From: Pocillopora damicornis
Lineage: Eukaryota
DNA length: 64,000 nt
Direction: 5' to 3'
Assembly (NCBI RefSeq): GCF_003704095.1
Contig: NW_020844867.1
Span: 62,001 to 126,000, forward strand
In this document: piece by piece, positions 48,896 to 63,100 of the stretch
Layout: each line of letters starts with the position of its first letter
Numbering within the stretch: position 1 is the stretch's first letter
The notes under the pieces: model-generated
The model's database searches: none
Seen by the model: the letters and a program-made list of their open reading frames with translations, nothing else
Told to the model about the DNA's origin: nothing
Translations under genes and position numbers: made by a program

Positions 48896-51095
48896 GACTG
48901 ACTTGTCGAAAGGCAATGTTTGAAGTATAAACTCCGGCGCTGTATAAACACTGAAATACTCGTAAGGAAAAAAAAATTTTTATTGTTGGCGGAAATATTT
49001 TAATCCGTGTTTTAGAAGAGCTAGAGTTGCTTAACCAGTATATTTCATTCCTAAATGTGTTATCTACAGTTTTGTAAGAAATTCTTACCTGTGTCTGAAG
49101 GTTCATTGACACAATGACTCAATTCAAAGACTCAAGGCTTGAAACAGCCATAATATCTTACTGGCGCGAATTACGCCGGAAAAGTCAGCAATGCATCGCA
49201 AACCACAGCGGCTATATTAACGAAAACGTGGTAAAAACAAAACATTTTAAATGTAGAACAATGCCTGTGCGGGTGCTTTTTAAGTCTTGTACACGTGTAA
49301 TCTTTTCCTCGCAGGCCGGGAACAAATTATACCTTTTTTTTTACCTCTACAGAAAGGAATCCCTTCGGCAATTGTGCCTGGTTTTATTAGGAACTTAATA
49401 CATCCTTCACATATTTAACTAAGTAGAGGTCCTACGCAATATGCCGGTGCTAACTGTTGACTACTACTTGCAAAATCCTTGAGGCAAATGTAAGTTTAAA
49501 TTTCAACCGACGTTTACCAATCGTCGTGATTTGCTTGACATTCCGTATTGTTACTTTGGGTAAAGCATGCATACAAATGTGTGTACAAAACATTTATCCA
49601 CCATAATGACAACCGATTTGGAAGTTCACATAACAGCTGTGTCTCGTCTACTCTAGTCGGCCAACAGCTCCCTTGGAAAAACGGCACAAATCGTGGGATG
49701 CCAGGCTATTGTTCGAAAGTAATAATATCATTCGTAATGTTACAGGACTATCCATAACTAGCGTTGGAGCTAAGCTCCGTTCAAATGAATCAGTCAACTT
49801 ATTTCTGACAGCCGATTCGGAGGAATCCCAATACAATTATATTGGGAAAATAGAGAATAGATTTGTAAAATAAATCTATCATTTTAGTAATTTTTGAAAT
49901 TGACATTTTTATCCCGGTTTTATGAAAAATAACATCATTATAATCATGGAGAGCCATCGTACTTCAAAGACGTAACGTATTCACCTCGAAGAGAAAAAAG
50001 TATATCTTAAAGGTTTATGATAAGTTTATTATATCGATATATTATATCTTATATTATTCAGTGTCTTTTGAACAAGACTTATATCCCTAGATGATAAAAT
50101 ACAAATTCGAATTGTTAGGAAGCTCACAAATATTGGAACATTTATACTGTTGTTTTACGCACAGCATATTTACTGATATAATTGAAAGTAGCTCCAGTAT
50201 CATAGTAACCACACTAGGAGATAGGAACAAGCTATGAAATAACTGTGATATTTTGCACGCTCAGATTGGTCAATAAGTTATCACTAATTTTACTTAAAGG
50301 AGTCACAGGATACTTCCCTCAATGCATGTCACAGGGCTTGTAAGTATTTAGTGATAAAAATATAACTATTATTGTACACTATGAAAAATGTCTTCTTTTC
50401 TCTCTCTTTGTTGACATCTCTGCTTCTAGTACGTAAAACATGGAGTCAAGACCCCCCCTTTCCCACAATCGCTGACATCCTTAGTCTGAAAACTGTAAGT
50501 TGGGTGAGTTTTCCGTGAATACAAGAATTGCTATTCTTACCTGATTTCAATGTGACTTTAAACAAGAAGAAAATTAAGAAAGTCGCATTTTTATTGCTGG
50601 AGTCTTATGATCTGTTTTTGGTATTTATTGCCAGTTACATTTTCAGTGTGTGTGTGCACTTAAAAAAAATCTACATTTTTCTTCCAAAATATCATATTTT
50701 CAATCATATTTCATCACAATTTCCGATAATCAGCCGACTCGGAAACTCGTTAGGATTTAAGCACAACCGCTAGTCAGCCAGCTGGCTTGAATTTGGTTGT
50801 CCCGGGGGTGTCTCAGCCCGCAGAGCCGAGGATAATTATCTCATATTAAATGATTGTCCCCCGTAGAAATACAGCCCACTATCTATGACGTCACGAGAGA
50901 CAATTAGGCATCATAATTATTTCACTTAATTCTCCTCTTAAGATAATCGAAGTATTTTTCTTGAAAACAAAATCATGAAAATTGCAAACACATAGTTTTT
51001 AGCACTCTCTGTCGCACACCGCCGAATTCTCGAAGAACTTTGAAGAAATGTAATGGGATGAAAGATCGGAGAGCGATGAGTTTTCCTCCATGAGG

Positions 51096-51103
51096 TGACG
51101 TCA
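51096..51103. promoter_or_regulatory. Palindromic CRE (TGACGTCA) in the SENP promoter region; a second at 50886-50893
   Basis: Exact 8-bp CRE 58 bp upstream of the gccaccATG start. Confidence 0.35.
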
Positions 51104-51160
51104 CACTCGCCTGCATTTGACCAGTGGTTTTCTGATGGCGGTAATTTCGTAAGAGCCACC

Positions 51161-54100
51161 ATGTTGGCATCTTTATCGTCTTTTTATGAAAATATTCGCT
51201 CATATTCTTTCTCTGGAAGGAAAGCAGGAGACAAACGCCGAAGAGAGAGGTATTTTAATATATTCTGTTTGGTTCTGTGTCTTTTCCTGGGCACGATTTA
51301 GAGTTATGTTGGGATTTAAAGGTGTAAATTATGGCGATCCTCATAAAAGTTGATGTGATATTGGGCATAACAGGGCAGCTTTATTTGCAATTCATCCCAA
51401 AATATCTGAATTATAAGAGGCTGACTTATCTTTTTCCGGTACGTTATTTGAACAAATGCCAAGTCTTTCGTCGAGGGAATGGCAACCAACTTTTGTCATC
51501 CTAAACACTTAGTTTCGTTCGTACTTATACAGTGATGTATTACAATAACTTACAAGTTGTCATCCATGTTTACTGCGTATAGATTTCGACTCTTTTAGAA
51601 TTCATCGATATGCATTTTGTTCTTATAGGGAAGACGAGGATGTAATTATAACAGATGTACTTCAGGTTAGTACATCTATAACTCATAATTTTGGCAAGAC
51701 TTTAGAATGTGGAGTCTCTTGTTTACATCTAATTGAGTCACTGTACACTGCAGTTCTTATTTTGCGTTTCTTGGTCCTGTAAAGACTTTGCATTAGGTGG
51801 ATCTTGGTGGTCCTGTATACTTAAGTTTTTCTCCAATTTTAAACAGCAATGAAGAAAAAGTAAACATAGCATGAATTTTGAAAGGGGAGGTTGAAATTTT
51901 GAGGTGTCATATGATGGTCACATATTACAAAGGCAGTATCTAACTTTACGAAAGAGTGGAATTTTGAAGAGGAAATTCGTGTAAAGATGGAAATTTATTG
52001 TGTTAAGGTTTAGAGTGCATGGATAAGTGTCTTTCCTTTATTATAACAATAAATGTGCAGTTATTTCCTTTATTGCAAGATGTTGACCAGAGCATTGTAA
52101 AAGGCTTAGTTTAACAAAGACCTAATTGCTGAATGCTTTTTTCGTTTTTGACATTAGACACCACCAGCTAAGAGGTTAAGAAATTTAGAAGGAGGTGAGT
52201 GCATAAGCAGCTGCATGTATTTTAAAAGAATATGATAAAGTGATAAACAGTTTTATAGCAAACTCTGATATAGTTTTGAAGCTGCATTTTGATACTGAAG
52301 CCACATGGTTGATAAAACAAAGAATATGAGAACATAATAAAGGGATATACAGTTTTGAAGCAAACACTGAGATGGTATTGATGCTACAGTTTGGTACCAA
52401 AGCTACATGGTTGATGTAACAATGTTAAATTGAATTGTTTAAGCATTTTTAATGTGGGATAAAATGCTGATATTCAATGGTAAAATGGAATTTGTTTATC
52501 TGGGTAATTCTGATGAGTTTAAGAAATTGTTTTGCAAATATTTGTTGAGCAAGGCCAAGCTGGAATTTGGCACATTTACTCTTGTGGACGTAGGAAAACC
52601 AATAAACCTGGACAAAACTGCATGCTGCAGGGATGAAAACTGTTAATAAATTCAACCCACAATTGATGCCAGTAGAGAATTGTACCTTGGCCAGCAGTGG
52701 CAGGAATGGGATGAGTATTCTTTTAACCACACTATCCTTGATCCCCCAGGAAAGGAAGAGGCAAAAGGAAACTTGTCTTTGTTATTTAATGAATATACCA
52801 TCTTCCATTTCCTCTGCCCTGAAAGATAATGCACTCCCTGCAGTGTAAAAGTGTAACTGTGTGTGCTGCGTTAAGAATAACTGTGTAAATAATTATAACT
52901 GTTTGAATCTGTTTCCATTCAGCTTCTGGTGAAAACAGTGACAACAGCCCTCTTCATAGTTTTTCGGATTTTGTTCAGAAGGTGAAAACCTGGTCTGGTA
53001 GATACATCTGGCGGTACGTGGTCAAAGGAGATAATCAGGATGTCACTAACACTTCTTTAAGCAGAGACCTTAATGAGGCTGAGAATGAAATTATGGAAAA
53101 ACAGACAAGTTCTGCATATACAAGACCTATTAGTGTGAGTATAAGATATTACAGTGCAGCTTAAAGATAAGGGGACTTAGCAGACAAGTAATAAGCGCTA
53201 AATACCTGTTTTGGTGAACTTTATTTGCATTGTGTTTTGCTGCAAATGCAATGCCCATTTAATTAAGCAATGACCATTCCACAGTAGAAAAAAAACAATG
53301 GGCTAGTTCATACTTTCTATTAACATATGCATATGCTTGTCTGTCAAGAGTAGTATGCATCTGGTCTTAGACTTGTTCTATGCGTGTTTAACACACATTT
53401 TGGTCCTGTTACCTTTGAGCTGCACTGTATAAAGTACATTCACATGTTTGTAATAGTATCAGACTCAAGACTGCTTTTTTCATATGCATGTTATGGTGTG
53501 AAACAGTTTCAAGTTGAAATGACAAAAAACTAGGTTGATACAGTATGTGTTTTCTTATGGTTAAGGGATAAGGTCATTGACCAAAGAGGAAGGAGACAAC
53601 ATTAAAGCTAGTGTGTTATTATCTTGAGCAGTAATGTTTTAGATTTATTACAGTCATAATGTAATAATTTTTTCTCATCATTATATGTTGACGATTTAAA
53701 TGAACATGTGATGTCCATCTTTTGCCACAACATTCTGTTGTTACAAATTGTTTTTACTGTTGAAAATTACTCTAAACATGAAGGGAATTGGGAAATGTTA
53801 CTTTGGTAATATACAGCAGAAACACCAAAATCAACATCTTGTGCACCTACAGTACATGACTGTATAATGCATGGATTGCAATAGCTGTTTATACACATAC
53901 CTTGTTGTCTATCAGTACTTAGTCTGGGATTTAAGGCTGCTTGCTGTACTCAATGTTTTATTTGCTTTACCTATTTATCATGGCAGTTACACCATATATT
54001 AGGGTTGGGTAGATGCTGACTCTAAATACTTTTTAGAATCTTGATAATAAAACCTCCAGACTTTAGTAGGCACCTACTTTAATTACCACGTCAGGTTCCA

Positions 54101-57100
54101 TTAGTCAGGATTTGGTATATGCCAGGATGCCTTAGAATATCAAAGAGCTTTTTCATGATTTGAGACTTTTATATGGTTCTGTTTCCATTAGAAAGGTTTC
54201 TCTTGTTCTCATTTAACCCTTTTGACTCCTCAGAGTAACTAGCAGCTAGTTTCTCCTTACAATATCACCCTCTGAGTCACAAATTAAGGTCATGAGAATA
54301 AAGGAAATGATCATTGACTAGAGAAGCTCTTTGTCAGCATCACAAGAAATTTATAAAGAACAGTGAAGAGAATATACACACTTACATTAAGGTGTAGAGG
54401 GTGAAGCCATTAAAACTGGTGCTTTCCTTATTGCAGAGCATTTGCACAGACAACTTGGGACAACAAGGGAGTTCTAGATTGACAAGGAAACCCTTGCATA
54501 GAAGCAGGAGATCAGAAACATCATCACCTGTACAGTCTCACCCAAGAAAAAACAAGATGGGATTAACAACATCCACAAAGCAAAACTTGAGCATGACAAG
54601 AACATCTGAAAGAAAATATGATTGTAAGTTCTTTCTGTGCAAGAATAAGAACTATTTCACATGAATTATGATGAAAATTGTTTTTCTTGTTCTCTCATTA
54701 TTCCAGTGTTAATATTGGCTAAAATACATGTATGCCATATCAATCATTTTTCTTCAATCAAAACATTGAGTCCATTTAAGAACTATTTATTTGAACTGTC
54801 TGCTATGTTGCAGTGAAGATGTATTGAGAGAGAGCATGATCAGTTAATTGAGAAATCATTGTTAAAATAAGAAAAAAAAAACAAACAAACAAATTAGTAT
54901 TTTAGTTTTAAATTTAAGAGCAACGCAGTATTATTGGCATGGTGTATTTTTAACCAAAAAGAGCATCCAAATTGAATGAACTGTATCCAATTTTTTTCTC
55001 ATCTGTTCTGTGTTGTTCATCTAATTGTAACAACTTATAATGCATTTATCTCACCAGCATCAAAATATAAAAACACTCCCAACAGTAGATCGTACAATGC
55101 TAACCAGTACAAAAGTGAAAGAACATTAGAGTACAACTTGCCTGGACCTTCTCAATCTGGAAGTAGGTCTCCCTCAAGATCACGGAAGACCACAGAAGAG
55201 ACTGTGGGAAGGAGATCTCCAGTTGAAGGGGGGAGATTTACAAGCACAGCAGAAAGGGTAAGGCTTGAAATTGTTAGGGGCCAAGTGCAGTGTACAAGTA
55301 TAGCATGACTGGTTGTGTTAAGAATTACGTGTACTGAAAAATGCTGGTGACTGTAGCTGACATTTGACAATCTGAGAGGAAATCATTGTTATATTCAGTA
55401 GATGTTGACTCTGTTTTGACTCACACTCAGGTTTGCAGTCCACCAGTCACTCTTACTGCCAGTAACAGTTAGTTTTGCTGCATTTTGAGTTTGCTACTTT
55501 CAAGTTCACTACACTGTACATGTTACAATGTAGCTCCATTCATCTTTGAGTTCACTTCATCAATAAACCCAGTTTAACCTAAAGTTTCTAACCTGAATTA
55601 TTCATGTAAATCTCATTTGTTCTTGTAAGTTTACACCTAAGTTTAGAATGCAAAAGTAAGAGTAAGAGTTGGTTAAATAAAGGTCTACTGAGAGAGGACA
55701 TTTCTTGCCCAAGTGGAAGTGGTTAGGCACCAATACATTGTAAATTCTTAGTAGTTCTAAAGTCTTGAAAGAGTTTTCCTTCTAAATTTTTATTTTTGTT
55801 TGGTAGCAAACTTGGTCAGCTGATGTAGCAAACTCCATATTTGTGTGCCAGACATGTAGCAAACTTAAATGTAGGGAACTCAGCATGTAATAAATTGAGC
55901 ATAAACCTTAATGGAAAACAGCCCTTTTCAGAACTAACCTGTTAAATCATTGCTGCAAGTGCATCGTTATTGTTCCTTGACATCTCTTTAATCAATACAC
56001 AATACATGTTTCCACCCATTTGTTTACAAGATATTCATGGACACTGTAATTATTCATTTATTACAAATTTATCTGTAACTTAATTATATATTTATGAGTA
56101 TTTCTCTATTTCTGTTGGCATCTGAGAGAGACTAAAAGACTTTTATCTCAGCCTCTCACATGCACCTTGTTACTGTACCTCACCTACAGTGCTTGTACAG
56201 TATCTTGTGATTTGTGATTTATTTTTACCACTGTGGGTGACTAGTGTCTAATTTTTCCTTGTGATATCACCATCTAAAGCAGCCCTTGATTGTTAAGCAA
56301 ATTCTCCCACTCAGCTCCTTAGAGAAGATAAAGAAAACAGTATGGAGACTATGCATACTGATGTTAGGATGTAAAGAGTTACAATGACCAAAATACCTTA
56401 CTTTTACCTAGTGCATTGTATACAGTCTATTTACAGTGCATCCCTGTTTCTCTGTCATACAAGGTTGTTCGCCTGGAAGAACGAGACAGATACAGGCAGT
56501 TAGTGGCTCAGTTTACCAACATAGGGACACCTGATAGAACAGATCGTACAGGGAACAGAACAGTATTAGATGAACCACTGTATGTGGAAACTGACTTTCT
56601 TACCAAGACAAGATCCTACACAAGGTACTAATGATAGTGAACTGGTCAGCAAGTTTTATAATTCCACTACTATGTCATTTTACCATATGAGGGCAATGGA
56701 TCATGTAAGATATGCCATGGTATTACACTGTAGACCAGAGCAAAAATACAGAAGGAAAATAGTGTAACAAAATGGCCTCTGGGAACAATCTTAATTGTGT
56801 TATTTTTCCCCTGTTTTTTGGCTTTACTTTTTTAAAAACAAACTTTTACAATTTTTTTGTTGGCTATGAAACCCTTAAATTATTTTAATGCTATTGTTTT
56901 CATCTTTGGTGCATGCTCTATGCAATCAGTAAGAAGCTCAGATGAGGCCATAGGATTTCAAAAACTAGAAGACAAAAGCTAAAAGTTAGCAGAGTAAATC
57001 TCCTACCCAATGGTTTAACTTATGAGACATTTTTTTCTTGTTGCTGGCATTTTCCTCGCTCCCACAGGGTCAGAAAAATGCAACACAACTTGCAAAATAT

Positions 57101-60100
57101 CCCCAACTATTATGAAAATTATGTTTTCAGCCATCAAATAAGGTTTTCATTTCCAAGCAGCCAAAGAGACAAAATCTTGTCAAGAGTTTCATCTCTGACC
57201 ATTTTGCAGTATATTGACAGAGTTGAACTAATTTTGGTTTTAGTGTGCTTTATACTTAGAATTGGTGAAAATTCGGGATATTCACCTTGCAACTTCAAGG
57301 CTTAGTTTAATCCTTCAACTTCCAGATCAAATTGTTATTCTCCTTACTGTCAACAATACAATTCTTATAATGCTAGTTCAGAGAATTTTGTATTGGATCA
57401 ACTAATTATCTCCAAATTGATATTCTTCTTTATTCTCATCACTAATCTGGTTAATATTGTATTGATTTGTGAGGAGAAATTCTGTCTTGGTCACTCATGG
57501 GAGTTCTAAGGTTAAATATCCACCACTATTCACCTCCACTTAAATGAATAACTGTGTATCATGATACAATAACATCTTCTGCATACATTGGCATTTAAAT
57601 TGCTTTCCTCATGTTATCAGTGGCATATACTATACCTCAATTGTAGCACTGAGATGTCAGAAAAACCAGTAAAACAAAATCACTCTATCGTTTGTATTTT
57701 TTTTATTGAATAATGTTGTATGGCTCTACCACTCAGGTCTGGAAGTGGAAGCCTCCTGTCACCAAGATCTACCTTAGTGTCACCCCCCGTGTCATTCACT
57801 ATTCCAGCCTCCCCTCCCCTGTCAGCAACAAGGTTGAAAGTAACAGCATCTCCAAGGAGATCAGCCAACAGGTCACGTAAGGTCACAACAGATGTTAGCT
57901 TGTATTCAAGACCAGGTTTGTATTAATTTAGTGTAGAGTTCTTTTCAAAGTTTAGATGTGCTGGGGTGAAATGTTTGACAGAATGAGGTCTAAAAGTATT
58001 TTGCAAAGCTGAAACTTTAAGTGATGTTTCTCGCAGTAACTCTCCCAGTGATATAGAGAAAACTTACAAGGTATAGAATTTAAACATTATACAAAGATTC
58101 TTTTGAAAATTGTGCCTCTGTCTGCACAACCTGGCTGCATGTGACACATGTACTTGTAGACTCTTTCTGACACAACTGGTTGACACAGTACAGGAGTGTA
58201 TGACCCCCTAGTACACAGTAGGTTTCTAACGAGTTCATAATCAAGTGGTTGGAGAGTTTCACTCCACCATCTGAACTTCACGTCCTTAAAGTAGACTTAA
58301 ATTTTCTTATAACCGAAAACTTGTAGAACAATTTTTTTAAGAGTAGGAGGTAGGTTTATTTAGCCCCATGTTATAGTTTGAACTGTATTTGTGGCTTACA
58401 GGTACCACCAACATATCGCCTCCAAACAGTATCACCAGATCAAGGTAAATTGAACATTATACTTCATGCTTTGCAGAATTGTATGTAATGCACTGTGTGT
58501 TCACTGCTTGTGTAGTTGTGTTGATAACCCTTTGGCCCTCCTTAGTTATAAACAGAAAACTTTACATCGTCTCAGACACAGGTGATGATATTGGAAGAAG
58601 TTATCAGCTTGGGAACGTTATCTTGATATAGGACCTAATACTTTAGTCTCATGTACAAGAAAATTTATGGCAGATAGTAGGGAGAATTACAATTTGGATG
58701 TTGAAAGTTGAAGGGATTAATGATTACAGCTGCATTTTTTTCCTACTTCTAAGCCTGTTCAAGGTGTTCAGTTGATGACACCGAAGCGCGTTGGTAAACA
58801 GTGCGATAGTAGCGGAGGAGCGAAAAAATTGAGGGAGACTTGGGTCGAGTCGAGCCGAACCTACCTCGTTTTCGCTCTGCCGCTACTATCGTGCCGTTTT
58901 AATATTTCGCTCCGTTTGTTTACTGAACACCCAAATCAGGCTACCTACTTCCTAGAACCTACCTTTGAGTCTCCTTGGTCTCCAATTTTGTAAATTTTAC
59001 ACTCATTTCGTTCCTTCTTTTATTTCAAGCAACAGGACACTGGACACGTCTGATATTCGCAATCCTTTTGATGAGGACTGGACCACAAGATGGTATGTGT
59101 TAGTAAAGACTTAATCCTACTTCTGTTTTCACATGTTATTACTTATCAATGGCCTTTTTTCTGAAGTGATAAGAAAAGGAACACAATTCGATACCATCAG
59201 AGAACCCGCCAATTTTTATGGTCCTCACTTTTGTACCCTCTGTTTCTGTGAATGTACATTTTTGACCCGCTTTGATTCGTACTTTAAAGATATTGCACTA
59301 CAAACATACTTGCAATACTTAGAGTACTTACTACAGGGGGCAATTCAGTGTTAACGCGAGCGAAAAATTCTCTTTGCCCACATATACAGGGTGCTCTTCT
59401 TACAAACAGGACCCTTATCTTTATGAAGAGAAATACTACAAATCTTCCCATGACTGCTGTCTAAGAAGGACAAATAGAATTGTGCATGCGCGTAGAACGA
59501 AAGTACTCAGTACTTTGTCATTCGTTTATTTTTTCGGTTTACAGGCGAAATCTCCTATCAGAGGATAGTTTAGCCCGACAAAGGGAGATTTCAAAAGAAG
59601 AAAAGAAACTGAAAGCAATAAAGCAAAAGGTAACAGTTTTGCAGAGTTGCTCTTTAATAGTGAATGTCGGTCGTTTCGCCAACGGTCGTTTCTCAAACGT
59701 CTCTAGTCAGTTCGCAAACGTCTCTAGTCAGTTCGCAAACGTGTAGAAGTCAGTTCGCAAACGTTATAAACATTTATGATGTGTAGAAGTCAGTTCACAC
59801 ACTCTGTAGATTTGAGATGTCAACGTTTGAGCATACATTAACTAACTTTATAGCTTAAGTCATACAGTCTTGTGGTTGATTTCGCTCTATCACAGCATTT
59901 GCGTGTTGCATGTACAGTAGCTGTAATCCGCAAATCAATCTACCGATATGAAACAGTTCTTACTGTTGTTGTGTTCGATCAAGAAGCTTTGCTCTTTAAA
60001 GGAAGGTCCACAACTACCAAGACACGGGATAAAAACTGCCCATTTGATAATGAATTATACTTTAGCGATAAATAAGCTGTGAGATTTCACATCCTGTAAT

Positions 60101-63100
60101 TTATGCATACAACGTGTCAGTAATGTAGTATTCCGAACTGTATAGTTAAACCCAGGTTGACATGTAAATGTTTATAACGTTTGCGAACTGACTTCTAAAC
60201 GTTTGCGAACTGACTTCTACACGTTTGCGAACTGGCCAGAGACGTTTGCGAAACTACCGTTGGCGAAACGACCGGTTACTGTTGTGTTTGGGGTGCAAAT
60301 TGTAGATACATCATTAATCTTCAAAAAGCCGTGCGTTGATTTAGAAGCGAGCATTTTTAGCCTCAAAATAGTAAATTTTAAGAAGTATAGTGGGCCAATT
60401 TTGGACAATTCTTCTCTAATTTATGGCTCTTCAAAGCGAGGTAGCGACGGTGAGTCGTCGAAATCGCTTTATGAATAATTAATGATGTCTTAGATGTTCG
60501 TTTTTTCTTAGGCTCTGATTTGAATTAGGGATCGACAGTTTTATCGAGAGGAAAAACTGTCATGTTGTCCTACGGTTCACATTCATGTAACTTTAATAAG
60601 TACGACAATAACGGTGATACTGATGGCATTTCCATTACTTCCCTCTTTCAGCGAGAAGAAGAAACGCAAGCTATTAAAGACAAGGTACAGTTTTATGCAC
60701 TGTAGAAATCTACAATTTATTATCGATTATCATAGACTGACTGGTCTTGTATTTGTTGAGATCTCGCCTCCTTTGTTTCACACAATAAAAAATGACAGTG
60801 TAATGTGGTCTACCAGGATTCCTTGTGCATTGAAACTTCCTAAGTAACGAAGTGCTAGGAACAGTGTAGACGTCTTTTTCTTGTAATAGTGATGCATGCA
60901 CGTGATTATCAGGGTTACGGGATGGAAAATTGCCTTCTCTATCGTAGGGATTCCCGTAGGAAGGAGATTTTTTCTTAGTACTTTTATTATAGAGCTTCTA
61001 TGTATACCAGTATGTTGTTGTCTCGTAAACCGAGCTGCCGGTACAAGCTTTACATGTGCAAAAAATATGTGGGTTTTAATGTTATTTTCAAGTCATAAAC
61101 GTGAAATGAAGGGGGTTTTTTGTCCGCCTAGTCGAGGAAACGATTAAACAAAATGATTTCCAAGTATATTATTTGGTGGATAATTTACATGTACGAATAT
61201 GGCTGAAATTTAATGTCTTATATTATTTGATATTCATACTTGCTTGTCTTTGATTTTAGATAAAGGAACGACTGAGAAGAAGGAACTTAGGACTAGACGA
61301 AGATGAGGAAGAAGAGGTATTTTAAATCAGTGCTATCTTTAAGTTGTTTACACAGCATCGACGCTTTAATTTCGTGAGTGCATGATGTACGAGAAAACAG
61401 CCCACGAAATGAGAATGAGCAAGGTAAGAGCAAACTGCTCATGACAGAAAAAGTCCTCTGGGAAAGTGGGAGTTAATACTTTTTGTCTGCTCTCTCACTC
61501 CAACTTTACAGCGCTTTAAAAACGTTTCAATGGAATTATCCATTTTGAAATTATTTAGTCAGAAGCCTGAAAAACCCAGACGATCTTTTAATCCTGAGAC
61601 GTGCATTTCACCGGTGTGATGGTGTTCTCTTCGGGCTTCCCCTGCGTTTGCTCCTTCGGTTATATATAATCTTTGAAGTTGTGCATTGTACACCAAGCAT
61701 CCTTTTCCAACTGCAAGAATCGTAATCTCGAAATTCTAAGCGATATCCAGCCAAGTGTTCTTTCAACTGAGAGGGACTCGTTCGTGTTCACACATGCACG
61801 TGATCTTTTCATATGCGCTCACGTTACAAATAGTTTAAGTGGCATCAAACGCTTTAGTTACTTACTTGGAATACCTTAATGGTTAAATGTAAATTCGTGC
61901 TAAAAAGTTTATGAGATCGCATATGTTCTTTACCAGGCAGAGGAAGAAGTAGAAGAAATAACAGACTCGTTTGTGCCGCTCACGGATGAAATGGAGAGAA
62001 TGGTGAGTTCAAAATGCTTTGACTTACTTTCTTACTTCCATCCTTACTTAGGAGCAAGGGTGGCGGGGTGGAAGCAAAAGCCTTCATTTCTCACACGGCT
62101 TGGATTACATGTGGTTTGAGTATTTTTATATTGACGAGTTTTGTTTCTGTTTCTTTGGCTTTGCTCCCTTCAAACGAGTCAACGCTCACGTTTTCGAAAC
62201 GTCACCAAGACAAGAACACTCTCTCGCGGACGATCAGATTACACAATCAACAAAACATAGATAAGCCAATCACGAACAAAGGCGGGTAAAACTGGAAAGA
62301 ATAAGAATAAGAACGGATTGCTTTTGAATTAAGTTGAGATACAATTGGCAGAGTTCTTTCAAGTTATTTTTGCAGTATGAACGTTCAAAGAAATCATCCT
62401 GTCGGTTACGCTGTAGCGACTTACAAAGCGTTGACCTAGCCCTCTGTATTAGCTACCAGGTTTTTGTTTAGAGGAAGGGTTCTTCATTCAAAATCCTTCT
62501 TTAGGTTGATGCAGCACTAGCCCCTGGGTATTCTGAAGATCCTCTTGTTGAAGGGTTCCGAGTGACTCTGAAGAGAAGTGACGTGGCAACACTCAGTAAT
62601 CTGAACTGGCTCAATGATGAGGTAAGCTGAGGTGAAGGGTATTTAAAATTGGCATTTGAAGATGGGCTGGAGAGAGCTCGGGCATACAGACTGTATTCTA
62701 GCTCCGGAATGGACAAGCGGATTGGAGAACTAGCGTGGGCCACTGTGTTTCGTCATTTAAGTCAAGGAGTCAATTCACGTCTCACATTGCCCCTCCCCTC
62801 TTGGGAGTGTGATTGGGTACAGGCCAACGTTCAAGGAACTTTATGTGGTAACGGGAGAGGATGGACACGAAAGAGGTCTATTACAACTGAAAGTAAAACG
62901 AAGCTAATTGCTTCGCATGCTGGAAAACGCGAGTGAAGAAGTTGCGAACGGTTTTAGTCTGAATATGATTGGTTGAAGGGATGGCGCGAGTTTTTTGGGC
63001 CAATCACCTCGCGAAGTGAGACAAAACCAAATCAATCCCAGATTAGTTTCGAAACTCGACTGAAAATTACTCTAACACGATAGCTAGGGGATCCTACTCA

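Noticed and set aside
47580-48916. Overlapping and antisense ORFs in the TRIM-NHL CDS (likewise 32819-33368 and 40595-41074)
   Set aside because: Shadow frames of real coding sequence, no recognisable motifs.
59690-59765. Regularly spaced gtcagttcgcaaacgt repeats, superficially CRISPR-like
   Set aside because: No unique spacers, eukaryotic context, and mirrored at 60175-60250 as the other TIR of a MITE.
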